From Camelus ferus (Eukaryota): a stretch of DNA of 64,000 nucleotides. The translations under genes and the position numbers were made by a program. Positions 24,733-37,859 of the stretch are shown here, piece after piece (position 1 is the first letter of the stretch; the number at the start of each line of letters is the position of its first letter). Location: assembly GCF_009834535.1 (NCBI RefSeq), contig NC_045697.1, forward strand, positions 55,616,001 to 55,680,000. The letters are read 5' to 3'. Under the pieces are notes generated by a model that worked only from the letters and a program-made list of their open reading frames with translations, had not been told where the DNA came from and ran no database searches.

Positions 24733-27379
24733 GTCCAGCATTACACTGACACTAAAATCTGACAAAGAAGCCACAAGGAAAAAAATTATAGACCAATATC
24801 CCTGATAAACATAGATGCAAAAAATCCTCAAGTATTAGGAAACTGAATTCAACAATATATTAAGAGAATCAAATGGGATTTATTTCAGGGATACAAAGAT
24901 AGTTCAACATCTGCAAAACAATCAATATGAAACACCATGTTAACAAAACGAAGGATAATAATTACATAATCATCTCGATATATGCAGAAAAAGCATTTGA
25001 CAAAATTCAACATTCATTCATGATAAAAACTCAATGAAGCGGGTATAGAAAGAATGCATCTCAACATAAGAAAAGCCATATATGACTAGCCCATAGCTAA
25101 CATCACACTCAATGGTGAAGAAAGCATTTTCTCTAAGATCAGGAAGACAACAAGAATGCCTACTCTTGTCACTTTTATTCAACATAGTAGTGAGAGTCCT
25201 AACCAGAGCAATTAGGCAACATAAAGAAATTAAAGTCACCCAGATTGGAAAGGAAGACATAAAATTGTCACTATCTGCAGATGACATAATATTTTATAAA
25301 GAAAACCCTAAAGAGGCCACCAAAAATTTTTATATTTAAAAAATTCAGTACATTGGAAGAATACAAAAATCAATATGCAGTAATTTTTCGGTTTCTATGC
25401 ACTAATAACACATATCAGAAAGATCAATTTAAAAACACAATTTACAGTTGTATCAAAGAGAATAAATAGATAGGAATAAACTTAACCAAAAAGGTGAGAG
25501 ACCTGTGCACTGTCAACTATACAACATTGATAAGAGAAATTGAAAAAGATACAAATAAATGCAAAGATATTTAGTACTCATAGATTAGAATTTATATTAT
25601 TAAAATGTCCATACTATCTAAAGCAATACACAGATTCAACACAATCCCTCTAAAAATATCAATATCATCTTTCACAAAAATAGATCAATATTAAAAGCTG
25701 TATGGAACCACAAAAAATCTGAATATTAAAAGCAATTCTGCCAAAAAAGAAAAAAGCTGGAGGTATCTCGCTCCCTGATTTCAAACTATATTACAAAGCT
25801 ATAGTCATCAAAGCAGTATGATATTAGCATATAAACACACACATAGATAAATGGAACAGAACAGAGAGTCCAGAAATAACCCCACATATGCACAGTAAAT
25901 TAGTTTATGACAAAGATGCTTAGAATATACAATGGATACATGATAGCTTATTCAATAAATGATTCTAGGAAAACTGGACAGCCACATGCAAAAGGAGGGA
26001 ATCCACCACTATCTTTATACCATACACATACATTTGATCAAAATGGATTAAATACTTGAATGCAAGCCTTGAAGAAAACACAGGTGGTAAACTCTTTGAC
26101 ATTGGTCTTGGCAATGATATTTTTGATCTGATACCAAAAGTAAAGGCAACAAAAGCAAAAATAAATATATGGAACTATGTCAAATGAAAAATCTTCACAG
26201 CAAAGGAAATCATCAACAAAATGAAAAGCAATCTGTGGAACTGGAGAAAACATTTGCAAATCATATCAGATAAAGGGTTAATATAGAAAATACATAAAGA
26301 ACTCACAGAACTCAACATCACAAAAAACAATCCAATTTAAAAAATGTGCAGAGGATCTAAACAAATATATTTCCAAAGATATACAGATGGCCAACAGGTA
26401 CATGAGAAGGTGCTCCACATTACTAATCATTAGGAAAACACAAATCAAAACCACAATGAGATATCAACTCATACCTTTTATAATGGTTTGTATCAAAAAG
26501 ACAAGAAATGACAAGTGTTGGTGATGTTGTAAATTGAACCCTTGTGTACTGTTAATGGGAATGTAAACTGGTGCAGCCACTACAGAAAACAGTGTAGACA
26601 TTCCTCAAAAAATTAAAAAGAGAACTACAATATAATCCAGCAATTCCACTTCAGGTTATTTATCTGAAGGAAATGAAAACACTAACTCTTTCTGATGTTT
26701 GCACCCCCATGTTCACTGCAGCATTGTTTACAGTAGTTAAGATATGTAAACAACCTTACTGTCTACCAATGAATGAACAGAGTAAAGAAAATGTGGTGTG
26801 TGTAATACACACACACACACACACACACACACACGTATATGTATATACATACACATATACACATTTATACAATGAAATACCATTCAGCCATAAAAGTGAA
26901 GTAAATCTTGCAAATTGTGGCAAGACATGGATGGACCTTGAGAGCATTATGCTAAGTAAAATAAGTCAGACTGAGAAAGACAAATACCATAGAATCTTAC
27001 TTCTATATGGAAACTTAAAAATCTGAATCATACAAAGAACAGATTTATGGTTGCCAAAGGTGTGAGCTGGGTTGTAGGTGAAATGGGTGAAGGGGATCAA
27101 AAGGTACAAACTTAGTTACAAAATAAGTCATGAGGATATAATTACAGCATGTGACTATAATTAATAATACTGTATTGTATATCTGAAAGTTGGTAAGAGT
27201 AAATCTTAAAAGTTCATATCACAGGAAAAAAACTTATAAACATGTATGGTGACAGATATCAACTAGACTTATCAGTGATCATTTTGCAATATATACAAAT
27301 ATTGAATCATTATGTTGTATACCTGAAACTAATATAATGCTACATGTCAATTTTACCTCAATAAAAGTATAAAAATAAG
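24733..27379 (+). mobile_element. 5'-truncated L1 (L1MA9-like), RT to 3' end, with TSD
   Basis: Degenerate RT (LSLSADDII); 3' end ttttacctcaataaaa; TSD agattttctag 24722-24732 / agattttccag 27380-27390. Confidence 0.93.
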
Positions 27380-27872
27380 AGATTTTCCAGATATACATTA
27401 TTTGGAGTACATATGTAAAGCACATTACTAAAAGTTAAACACGAAATAATGACCATTATTTAGTACTAACAGTTCATCTTCAAAGTTTTTGTTATATATA
27501 GAAAAAAGAATTCCCTATCACACACTAACTGCCTCACTCTCTGCTTAGTGTTATCTATGACAAACATTTAACTGTCAGAAACTATAGAATACATTTACTT
27601 ACAATGGACTTTAAGTTCTCTTCAGATTCCATTTGTGGAATTCTTTTAGTAAGAGGTGAAATATTATTGGAAATGAAGAAATCCTAGAGCAAATAATGGG
27701 CTGGGGTAGTGAATCTATTATTATCCCTTTGGGTCCTTACTAAAGCGAACTTTATTAAAAAAATTGTACTCCTGTTTCCATTTAAAAGATTCATAATGGT
27801 TGTCCTTCAGTGTTGCACCTTGTTTCACCCATCCATTGAAAAGTGGTTCTTATAAACCTCTGGTAAATTAAA

Positions 27873-27877
<5 letters not shown>

Positions 27878-27925
<48 letters not shown>

Positions 27926-27966
27926 ACTCACACACACACACACACACACACATACACACACACACA
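27878..27966. repeat. (TC)n-(CA)n compound microsatellite
   Basis: Read directly. Confidence 0.97.
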
Positions 27967-29399
27967 GGATGTGGGAAACCAGGCTTCTCTAAGAATTTCA
28001 AAACTTTCAGGTAGGTGGTGAAACAAATCAAATGATTAAGGCTGAGCATGGAAGAGAGCCATATATTTCATATAACAACGTGATCTCTCATACGAAATAT
28101 ATTAACTTAGATTAGCAATACTATATTTTCTGTCTTTACATGTTGGTCATTGGGTGCCAAAAATAATTTTCGTCTTTCCTTCTCCCAGAGTCTGCTTGGC
28201 TAACACGTACTTTGAGCTAAAACAGAACTCCTCAAGAGAAAGAGAAATCTTCCCTCACCCTGTCATTAGACTACAAATGGTGGTCTTTGTGCTCATTGGT
28301 TTTTAAAGCAAACCTCTTCAATGCACTTACTTGTTTCCTCTTATATCTCTCCCACAGGCTTAAAATTTCTTGAAGGAAATAACTATGGTGTATTTCTGTT
28401 GTCTAGTATCTAGCTCAACATTTGAAACAGAGTAACTGTTAACAGAAAAAACAAATAAGTATCTTAATACATAGACTTACAGAACTCTTTTACATTTGAG
28501 AAGTTACCTACTTACAGTAGTAGAAAACAGATTATGTTCTACCTTGCTGATATTTTTATCATTGCCTAGAAAGTGGCACAGATTACATAGTGAAATGGTA
28601 AAAATGGTAAAATGAAAACATCTTGATAGGTGTTTTTTATACAATATGTCCATGTATTTAACAATACTTCTCAGAATCTTTTCAATATCTCTTAGACCCA
28701 GGTAACTGGGGTCCCTGATCTGGGCCCGGGACTGCAGAACACTTGCCAAGGCTCTTCTTTGTCTATATCCACAGGGGCAAAGAGTCCACAGGCATAAGTG
28801 GACATACTCATCTGAAGCCTGTATGTTCTCCTCTAGGCCCTGCTCCTGATAAACTGTGTTTTGGGACTTCTCTGCCTAGAGATCCACAATATTACTTCTG
28901 GATCTGCTTTTGTCTTCCCCAATATAAAGGCTATTCATTTAGGATGTTCTTTAGGTTTCTATTGTTGGCCTTCTCATGGGACAATGATCTTTTTTATTTT
29001 ACTCTCTGATATTCCAAAGGAATTGGAAGATGTTTATATGGATCTCAGGTCCAATTAATTTGGTATCAAGTATAAAATATTCCCCAGTTTAGGCCATGAC
29101 TTTTCGGTTCAATCCTCAAATAAACTAATTTTAATTTTCTTGAAAATTATCTTTCCTTATTTATCAAAGGCACTGGGGTCTCCTGCTTTCCATACCTAAT
29201 GGCTGTAATATTGTTCCTTCTTAATATTTTCTCCAGGACTTTCTTGTGCCAGCCTACAGTTCTCATCTCTATAGTTTTGATCAGTATCTCATGATTTTAA
29301 TGCCCAGGCCTCAGGGAGAGAAAAATGTCTCCCCCTCCCCAGGATATTCAAGTTACTCCATTCAAACATGTGTCCTGAAAGAAAAGAAGAAAGAGGACA

Positions 29400-29516
29400 A
29401 GAATTTCCCTCTTCAGAGTTGGGTCTGGCTCTGACATAGACTCTGTGAAATGACATCACCCAAGAACTTATGACTCATCCTCCTCCCTGATGACTTTGCT
29501 GTGTTCGTCTGTGGTA
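29400..29516. promoter_or_regulatory. Candidate bZIP (AP-1/ARE) and RUNX enhancer
   Basis: ATGACATCA 29450, ATGACTCAT 29470, ATGACTTTGC 29490, TGTGGT 29510, kB-like agaatttccc 29400. Confidence 0.4.
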
Positions 29517-30484
29517 GTTAGAACTGCAGCCCCCTAGACACATCTGAGAATGCTGCCATTGCTATGGCCAAACAGTGTGTACAAAATGAGAACTTGCAGG
29601 TGCAGGACACCAGTCTTTCAAAAGACTGTCACATAAAAACTATCTGGTCCTCACCTAAGTGGGTAGATGAGAGACTTCAGGAGGAACCTAGTAAGTTCCC
29701 AGCCATATGTTTTGTCATGCAGTCTTCCTTGACCAATCTCAGTGGACTTAATGTTGGTTTTCAGCTCTCACAGATCTAAAATCTCTAAATGGGATTTCTG
29801 GAATAAAGCTAGCTAGCTCAAGACTATGTATGTATGTGTGGCATGGCCTGCTTTCTTAATATTCCTAGGAAGTCTTCAAGATGAAGTGCATTTGGGTCAG
29901 AATGTACATTTTTGTGGTTTCCATACTTTTCTAAAAAAAAGCTGAAGTTCAATAATTCTGTAAAATAAAAATATGATAAACTGAACAAGTTACAGGTTTG
30001 CTTTTGCCTCTTGTCTGAAGGAATTATTTTGGTTATTGTTAATAAGAGTTTAGAAACAGGTTTTTAATTGTTTATCCAGACATTAATAAATAGACATATT
30101 CATTACACATCAAGCCTTCAGTACATGCATGATATGTATGATTTTGAAACATATCAAAATAAATCTTGGGACCCAAATGTAGAAAATCACATTATTTATC
30201 ACAATATTTCAATGACCTTTGAAAATAAAATGAATCATATATAATTATATTTGTAACTAAAGTCTGCATTTTCCTTTGATTCTTTATAAATATATTGTTA
30301 AATTGCTAAGATTCTTGCGTATCTCCGCTAAAATAAACATAACATACAAAAAGCACATTTAAATTGTACTGTAAGATGAATAGTTAATATAGAAAATGTT
30401 TTATTTTGGCTCTTCTCTCAGAGAAGTTTTAAGCCTAAATATCTTTACGAATAATTTATTGTACATAACTTCTCATTATAAAAC

Positions 30485-30640
30485 AGCTACTTACTAGCTG
30501 TGTGACCTTGATGAAATTATTTAAACACTCTGCCTTAGTTTTCTTAACTGTAAGATAGAGACAGGAATAGTACCTTTCTCACAGAGTTATGAGTAGGATT
30601 ACATAACTTATTATATGTTAAGCTCTTAGAAGACTGATCA
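30485..30640 (+). mobile_element. MIR remnant
   Basis: acttactagctgtgtgaccttg...tgccttagttttcttaactgtaagatagag...aatagtacct. Confidence 0.85.
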
Positions 30641-31199
30641 CGATGGTGAGAGTGATGATGGCAATGATGCTAAGGCAACACATGTTTTTAGTCCTTGACT
30701 AGACAGGTTCCTGAAGAGACTGTACGAAGTATTAGGAGATTAACTGTCAAGGTGAGTTAGGCCATGTTATACACTATATATCCCTTTGGGTAAAATAATA
30801 TTTATTTTATGTTAATGGGTTTGGGCAATCATTGAAAATGGTTGGACAACAGAATACTAATAAATTCAATTAATTATCAACATAGTTTGTGAGAGCATGT
30901 AATATATTTATATTTATATATATTTATAATATGAGAGGATAATAACAAGTAGAAACAATATGGTATATTTAAAACTACTTTCTATTTCTTACTTCAAAAT
31001 TCACATTTATATAAGTTAGTTTTCAGGTGGATAAAATTTGATTAGGACTAAAAATAAATTCTAATTTTCCATTGTCTCAACATATAAAAATTAAAAAAAA
31101 AAAAGATTACAGTTTCTGACCATCCAGATTATTTGTTTTGTCTCTTAAATGGCAGTAAGTGCTTAAACAATGTAATGCACATTGATTGCTTTCCAATTT

Positions 31200-31590
31200 C
31201 TTTTTTTTGACTTTAAAATTTGCAATACAATGTTCACTGAGAAAAGTATACATACTGTTTGTTAAACTGTCACAAGATGAATACTTATGCTACAACCATG
31301 CAGAAGCTTAAAATACAGAATACTGCCAGTATTCCATAAACCCTGTTCATGCCTTTCCCAAATACCCCACCCCAACTCTCTTCCCCAAAGTAAGTTTTCT
31401 TGATATCTAATACTAAATTTTTACTATTATATATATAAATATATTAATTTATATGTAATATGTTCATAATTATATGAACACTGTATGTCTGGAATTATTT
31501 AATATTCCTTTGTGCCTGACTACAGTTTTTCCCAAAATTTCCCTCAAATTTTAATTGTAACATTTATTCATATTTCTTTGGTAGCCACAG
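31200..31590 (-). mobile_element. Ancient L1 3' region (L1ME-like)
   Basis: gaaaagtatacata...cacaagatgaatac...tacagaatactgccag...cctttccca. Confidence 0.5.
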
Positions 31591-31785
31591 TTTTTCATCG
31601 CCATTTTGCTTAATACTATAAGAGATGGACAGCTTTAGTCATTTGTCAAAGTATTAAATTAATACAAAAGTGAATGCAGTAATATGAAATTTACTCTCAA
31701 TTTCACAGCAGAGTAGGTGAGAACTGGCAGTGATGAAAGAGAAAGAAGTCAAAAGATCAAAGAAAATGTTCAAGAAAATCTGATC

Positions 31786-32095
31786 CTATCTTAGTTCAGA
31801 CTGTTGTAACAAGATACCATAGACTGAGTGGCTTAAATAACAGAAGTTTGTTTCTCACAGTTCATAGGCTTGAAGTCTGAGGTAAGTGTGCCAGGCTGGT
31901 GGAGCTTTGGTAAGAGCCCTCTTCCTTGTTTCCCCACAGGGAAGAAGAGAAAGGGAAAGTTTAAGTGTCTTTTCTTACATGGGCACTAATCCCTAATCAA
32001 AGACCTCACTTCCTAATACCATCATATTCTATCACATGAGGGTTAGGATTTCAACGTATCATTTTTGAAAGAACATGAATATTCAGTCCATAGCT
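31786..32095 (-). mobile_element. MaLR solo LTR (MLT1A-like)
   Basis: tcttagttcagactgttgtaacaagataccatagactgagtggcttaaataacagaa...gggcactaatccc...attcagtccatagc. Confidence 0.88.
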
Positions 32096-32186
32096 ACTTA
32101 GGATCAACTATCAATTTCAGTGATTTTGAACTTCATCACATTTTCTTATCTTATTCCATTTCATATTTCCCTTGTCTTCCTACAGA

Positions 32187-32374
32187 TAAGGTTGTCCAGT
32201 TTAGCCAATAAAAAGTACAGGTCCCCAGCCAAATCTGAATGTCAGATATACAGACATTTTCTCTTTTTTTTAGTATAAGCATGTTGCACAGGATATACTT
32301 AAAGTAAAAATAAATTATTTTTATTTTCTGACATTCAAATTTAACTAGGGGCCTGTATTTTATTTGCAATCCCT
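32187..32374. mobile_element. MER53 palindromic hAT MITE
   Basis: Arms tacaggtccccagccaaatctgaatgtcaga / tctgacattcaaatttaactaggggcctgta are reverse complementary. Confidence 0.85.
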
Positions 32375-35300
32375 ACCCAAGGGATGACATACACATACTA
32401 ATGTAAATCTGTTTCTCTGAAACATATATGTAATTCATTCAAGTTCCTTGTGTACTATGAACTCACAGTTAAGCATCTATTTGAAAAACTGATCTTATTT
32501 TCAGAGTCCAAATTAAAGGTTAAGTGGTTTAGGTAGTAACACTACTTTATATTGTATGCTATTATTCATTTTAAAAAAAAACAGTACTTGCAAATATAAA
32601 AATACTCAAAGTTTAGGGAAGTAGTTGTTGGTGTTGAGGAAATGGTCAATGAAAGCTCTCTCAATATCTCATAGAAACAAATGAGAATGAATTGAAGAAA
32701 GAAGAGAAGGATGGAAGGAGAGAATGCTGAATAAAAGGAAGGGAGGAAGGAAAGAGGAGTGAAGAAAGATTTTCTGTGAACAATCTAATAAGGAAAATAA
32801 CTTGCTCATCAACCTAAATATTAAAAAGTGACAAGAAAGACAGAAGAAAGGAAGAAATCTGACCAAAGAATCTAGACATTCAAGATATGAATCAAAAAAA
32901 GGACATAAAAATGAAGAAGCCATAGATAAAAGACCAGTGTAAGCATTATTACACTTAAATATGAAATAATTTCTAGATAACAGTTCAAATCATTATCAAG
33001 AAAAACAAATATTTTAAAGGTTGAAAATGAAAAAAAAAATGATAGTGGAACTAACAATCACAGTTGAGTGGGAGGAAATGTGTGAGTGCTGAGAACCTAA
33101 TTACAGCAGAGGCAAATTTGCCTATAATAAAGAAATGTATTCGAAAGAAATACAGTGATTCCAACTGCATTAATTTTGTCATAATATTTTGTTATTAATA
33201 GTTAAAGAAGTCTTTTCAGAAATAGTATTCCTTGCCTTGCAGATACTGAGTTTTAGCCATTTCTTCAATTTCAATTTAACTACTTTTCCTTAAACTAATT
33301 TAAGTACAGTTTAATAACCCATATTCAAATTTCTACATAGGATATAGCCAAATGTTTATGGAAGTATTTTAATCTACCCTAATTTTTTATGAGCAAAAAA
33401 AGGTGTCTGGAAAGATACTAACCTAATTTTAATAATGATGTCTATTTCTTGGTAGTGGAAATTAGAGCAATTATTTTAACTTTTTTTCTTTTTCTTTTCA
33501 TATATTCAATTTGCTAAAAAAAATTTATCAGTTTTCCAAAAATAGTATTTTGGCTTTTTTTGTGAGAATAATAATTATTAGTAGCCAGGAACTTGCTTTA
33601 AGGACTGAAGGACAGAAAAAAAATTGTAAGAGAAGATTAAAGTAGGCATTTCATTATCTTTAAAAATATTCTAAAAGTAAATATAAAATTAGATTGTTGT
33701 GAAATAACCAGGACAACAACAACAACAAAAAACTGTAACAAGGTTCCATATCTGATTTCCTCATATATTTTTTTAAAGAAGCACCAGCTGTTATATGTGT
33801 TCTTAAGCTATTGGTTAAATAATCTTTATGGGAGGTTAGGGTACACTACTTTATGCAGAATCAGCAGTTTATAAAGAATAAAACAGCATCATGGTTTGTG
33901 TATGGATCATGAAATAGGAACTTGGAAATCTTTAAGCATTCTGAATACTAGCATAGATTTTCTATTAGCAAAGTGAATGAATTTTGAATATATTATTTGC
34001 AGTAATATAGATCCAGTACTAAAACCTTGACATGATCTACAACCACAAGTTAGTTATTTTCACCAATATCTTTTTTTAAGTTCTAATCTGGAATAAAGGC
34101 TAGAACTGAGAAAGCAAGTTATTACCTTGAGCTTATGTGAACCTTCCATCTTTCTTTGGGATCTGTCAACAAAAAGCCTCATAATTAAAAAAGGATAATG
34201 ATGTGTTTCAGTGTGGAGACACCTGGCCACTAATTCAAGTGTTGATTTGTGATTTTCATATTGTGATTTTTATTTCTGTATTAACATCTGTTCTTTGAGA
34301 TGACAAGTTGGTGTGGGAATAGGAGGCTCAACTATATTCCCGATTGAGTTAATCTGTGTTATATGATAGCCTATTAAAAAAAGTTGGCTTTAAAAATTCA
34401 GTGCTAATATCTATGTCACAGTTTTGCCCAAGAGGGAATTTTACTATGGTTTCCTGTGGGATATAGTAAATGCAAATAATATTTTAAACTGTCCTATATT
34501 AACAGATGGCCCAGAAGAGGATTTTGCTTCAGAGATTCCCACTTGATTCTAGGTTGTGCAGGGTGGGCTGAGATAATAACCATGGAAGCTCAAATCTCCT
34601 TATCCACATGGATTAGAAAAGGGGTATGTAGCCATATCAAGATTTGAAGACTTTGAAATACAGCAGCTGTGTCTCGAACCTACCAGATAACATTTTGGAA
34701 GATTAAAATGATGGGACTATGAAGAAAACAAAAGCCAATTACTGAGGGCCACCAGGGTAGTCAATAAAATTATCACAAGCAGTCACCGTAACAGATTAGG
34801 TCAAAAGAACACACTTTATAGCATAAAATAAGGCAATATTAAGAAATTAGTTATATGATAAAAGTTAATGTTTGGCAATCATTTTATTCAGTTCATTCTT
34901 TAAACATTTGTAAAGGAAACTGTGGGTATTTCTTGAATCTCAGGTCACTCTAAGGTATTGAAATCTGTTTTCCTCACATAGAAGTTCATAAAAATTATCT
35001 AAAGTTAGAAATACAGCAAGTGATCACTGTGTTTTTGCAAAGCTATCCTAGAGCATTGTCCAAAAATCCTGCCTAAAGTCAAAGGAGTTTCTCTGTTACT
35101 TGATTTTTTTGTTCGTTTGTTTGCTGTTTATTATGACCCAATGTTTGAAAGGTCAGATGTTACTTTGAAAAATACTGATAACTTGCAAGTAATTTTTATC
35201 TGGTAGAAATGCTAACAATTTCTATTTGTTAAAAAAAATAACCCTCAATAGGTTGATCAATAGATCAATTTGTGACTATATTTACAATTCTCCAATCTAC

Positions 35301-36329
35301 TTTTAACTTTTTCTTCATTGACTCTGGTCTCTCATATTCTTTATAAAACCAGATTTACCATTCTGCTGCTTGCCTCTTTAGTGACATAAACAAATTTCTG
35401 ACATATGCTCAATATATATATATATATATATTTTATAAAAGTCACATTTGTGGGTTTTTTTTTTAATGTGTGAAATGCTTACACTGACCCACTTGCCCAT
35501 CAATATGAGAGCAGGAACTCTGTTTTACCTCTATTAGCTCCAATACTCTGTTGTAGCCTTCAAGGCACTTACTAGATTCTGTCTGTCTCTGTCTGTCTTT
35601 CTCTCTCTGTATATATGCATGTAATTTAACTTTGAAATATTTGTCTATATAGATATCTACCAGCTAAGACAAAATAGAAACTACTAGTGCAGATTCAGAC
35701 TATTCAATACGTATGTGCAAGGAATAAGGGAATAAACTCAAAGCCATTTTACTTGGTTTCCTCAGGAAAAGGTTTTTCCCTAAGGAAGATTTAATGTCAA
35801 GGGGAAAAGCTCTCCTAGTAAACACACGTGAGGTTTCTTCTTTTTATCTTTATCTGACAGAATTTAAAACCTCTACAACATGCCTTTCAGAATTTTAACA
35901 TGAAACCATTGAGTGTTCCAAAACACAGCTTGTGACCTGCTAAGATGAGTGACTATCATAATCTTACCCTTTCTGTTGGTTCAGCTGGATGCATTTAAAC
36001 CGTGCATCATAGGCATAATATAGCTTAATCTTGACTGAAGCTGTCCTCAGAATTCTAGGGAAGGAGGGGAAGGTGGGTACAGGAAAAAAAAATCTTTTCA
36101 GGGTGGGAGATGGGGAGGCACTATATGCTAATTGTGGGTTAGTGACAAGATGACAGTAATTTAAACAAAAATGGGATCTACCTATTGAAAAACTAAGAAT
36201 TGTATGTTTCCAGTCAGTCTATAAAATCCCCACAGCTGCCACAATCTAGTAAATGAGACTTCTCTATCCCTGTTGGCCACATACTTCCCGTTCCAGAAGT
36301 GTTCTTAGGACTCTAATCTTATCAACACA

Positions 36330-36530
36330 ATGAAAACATGAGAATAGTTATAACAATTAGTAGATACCTAAATAAGTAGATACCTAAAGTGTGCTAGATA
36401 TTATGCTATGTATTTAAGACAAAAAAACATTTAACATGAAAAGCAACTCCAGGCAGAATTAAAGAAATTTAGGCACAGACAAGTGAGAATTTGCCCAATA
36501 TCACACAACTAAAGTGACTTTTATCCAGAT
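36330..36530 (-). mobile_element. MIR remnant
   Basis: gtgtgctagatatt...aaatttaggcacaga...ttgcccaatatcacacaactaa. Confidence 0.55.
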
Positions 36531-37859
36531 GCCTTTATTTTACACTGGGCAAACTAAGTTATTTTTTAAAAATTGTGTGTCTCCTAATTTGGGCCATAAA
36601 TTTCAAATTTCCCAATCTCTCCAACACTTATTTTAACCCCAACACACTCACACAAAGTTGTACAATAACAGGCTACTATTCTGACAGGAAAGTAAGTTTT
36701 AATTTATGGTAGATTCAGTTTCTTATAACTTCTGAGAAATAGTTTAGTCCAGAAAATTTATTGAGTTGAAGTAACAAGAGTTCTGACTCTGTTTTAAGAA
36801 AGCAGTTAAATAGAGAATGCAAAATAAGTTTCTATTATCAGAGAACAGAAAATTAAACACTAAACTATGCATAGTTAAACCTTTTTTTAATGACCACAAC
36901 AAATTGAACATTTTAAATAATTGCTGAGAATACAGAAAGAATAGAAGCTACATCAAACAAGTTATCTGTTTCTTAACTAAAGTACTTGATTGGGCTTCTA
37001 AAATTAGAGGTGAGTGAGTCAGAAAAGATATTATTTCTAGTATAAAAATTTCCAAAAGAAAGAGTATTTTCCAATTACAATTATTAAAAATTTCAGGCTT
37101 TGGGTTATGTTTAGTTTGGGCAATATATTAACCTATTTTTCTAAGGATTTCTATTCTACTATATATCTTCCACTCATTTTTCTAAGCTTAGTCACTCCAA
37201 TATGACTCTTTCTCTTGTTTGGTTCCACATGAAATCTAAATTTCTACCCTTATACCTCCAGTTTAGTTAGAGCCTTCTTTTTTCAGACCCATTAAATTTT
37301 ATAGAAGTGATGTGGTCCCTATCCACATTCCCTAGAATATCTATTTAAATTCTCACTATTTGTCATGTTTAGACATACAATCAGCAGGTTACGTTATCTT
37401 TAATCATCTTTAAAACAATCTTGTAAGAGTGAAATTTGGAGAGATTAAAGAATTCACTCAAAATTTTGTAGCTACAGCTATTGTATTGTGGTTACAATAA
37501 CTTTCGAAGATAGTGAAATTTGAAAGTTATAACCCAATTATTTTAAATTTTTTTCTATCCATTTTTCAAAATAAATCTAACTCCACCATCTTACACTTAA
37601 TAACTATAGTGTATTCTCCCCCTTTTAAACGACTTTCTTCATCTAGTCCTTTTACATCCCAGAAAAAGGACAAAAACAATCTTAGGAACCTTTTTTAAAA
37701 ATCATATAATAAAATGCCTTTCAGTTTTCTTATATTCATTCAAACTGAACTATTTTCTTGATTATAATGAGCCTCTTTCACATATATGTACCTCTTCTCA
37801 AGGTATGATCTTCACCAATACATATCAAGATACAAACTTTACAAAAGCTGAAAAAGGCT

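Noticed and set aside
34506..34570. Acceptor-like site followed by short frames (DGPEEDFASEIPT* or MAQKRILLQRFPLDSRLCRVG*)
   Set aside because: No recognisable protein and no supporting partner exons
36359..36388. Short direct duplication agtagatacctaaa (similar cases near 21428 and 57670)
   Set aside because: Two-copy slippage duplications with no array or spacer structure
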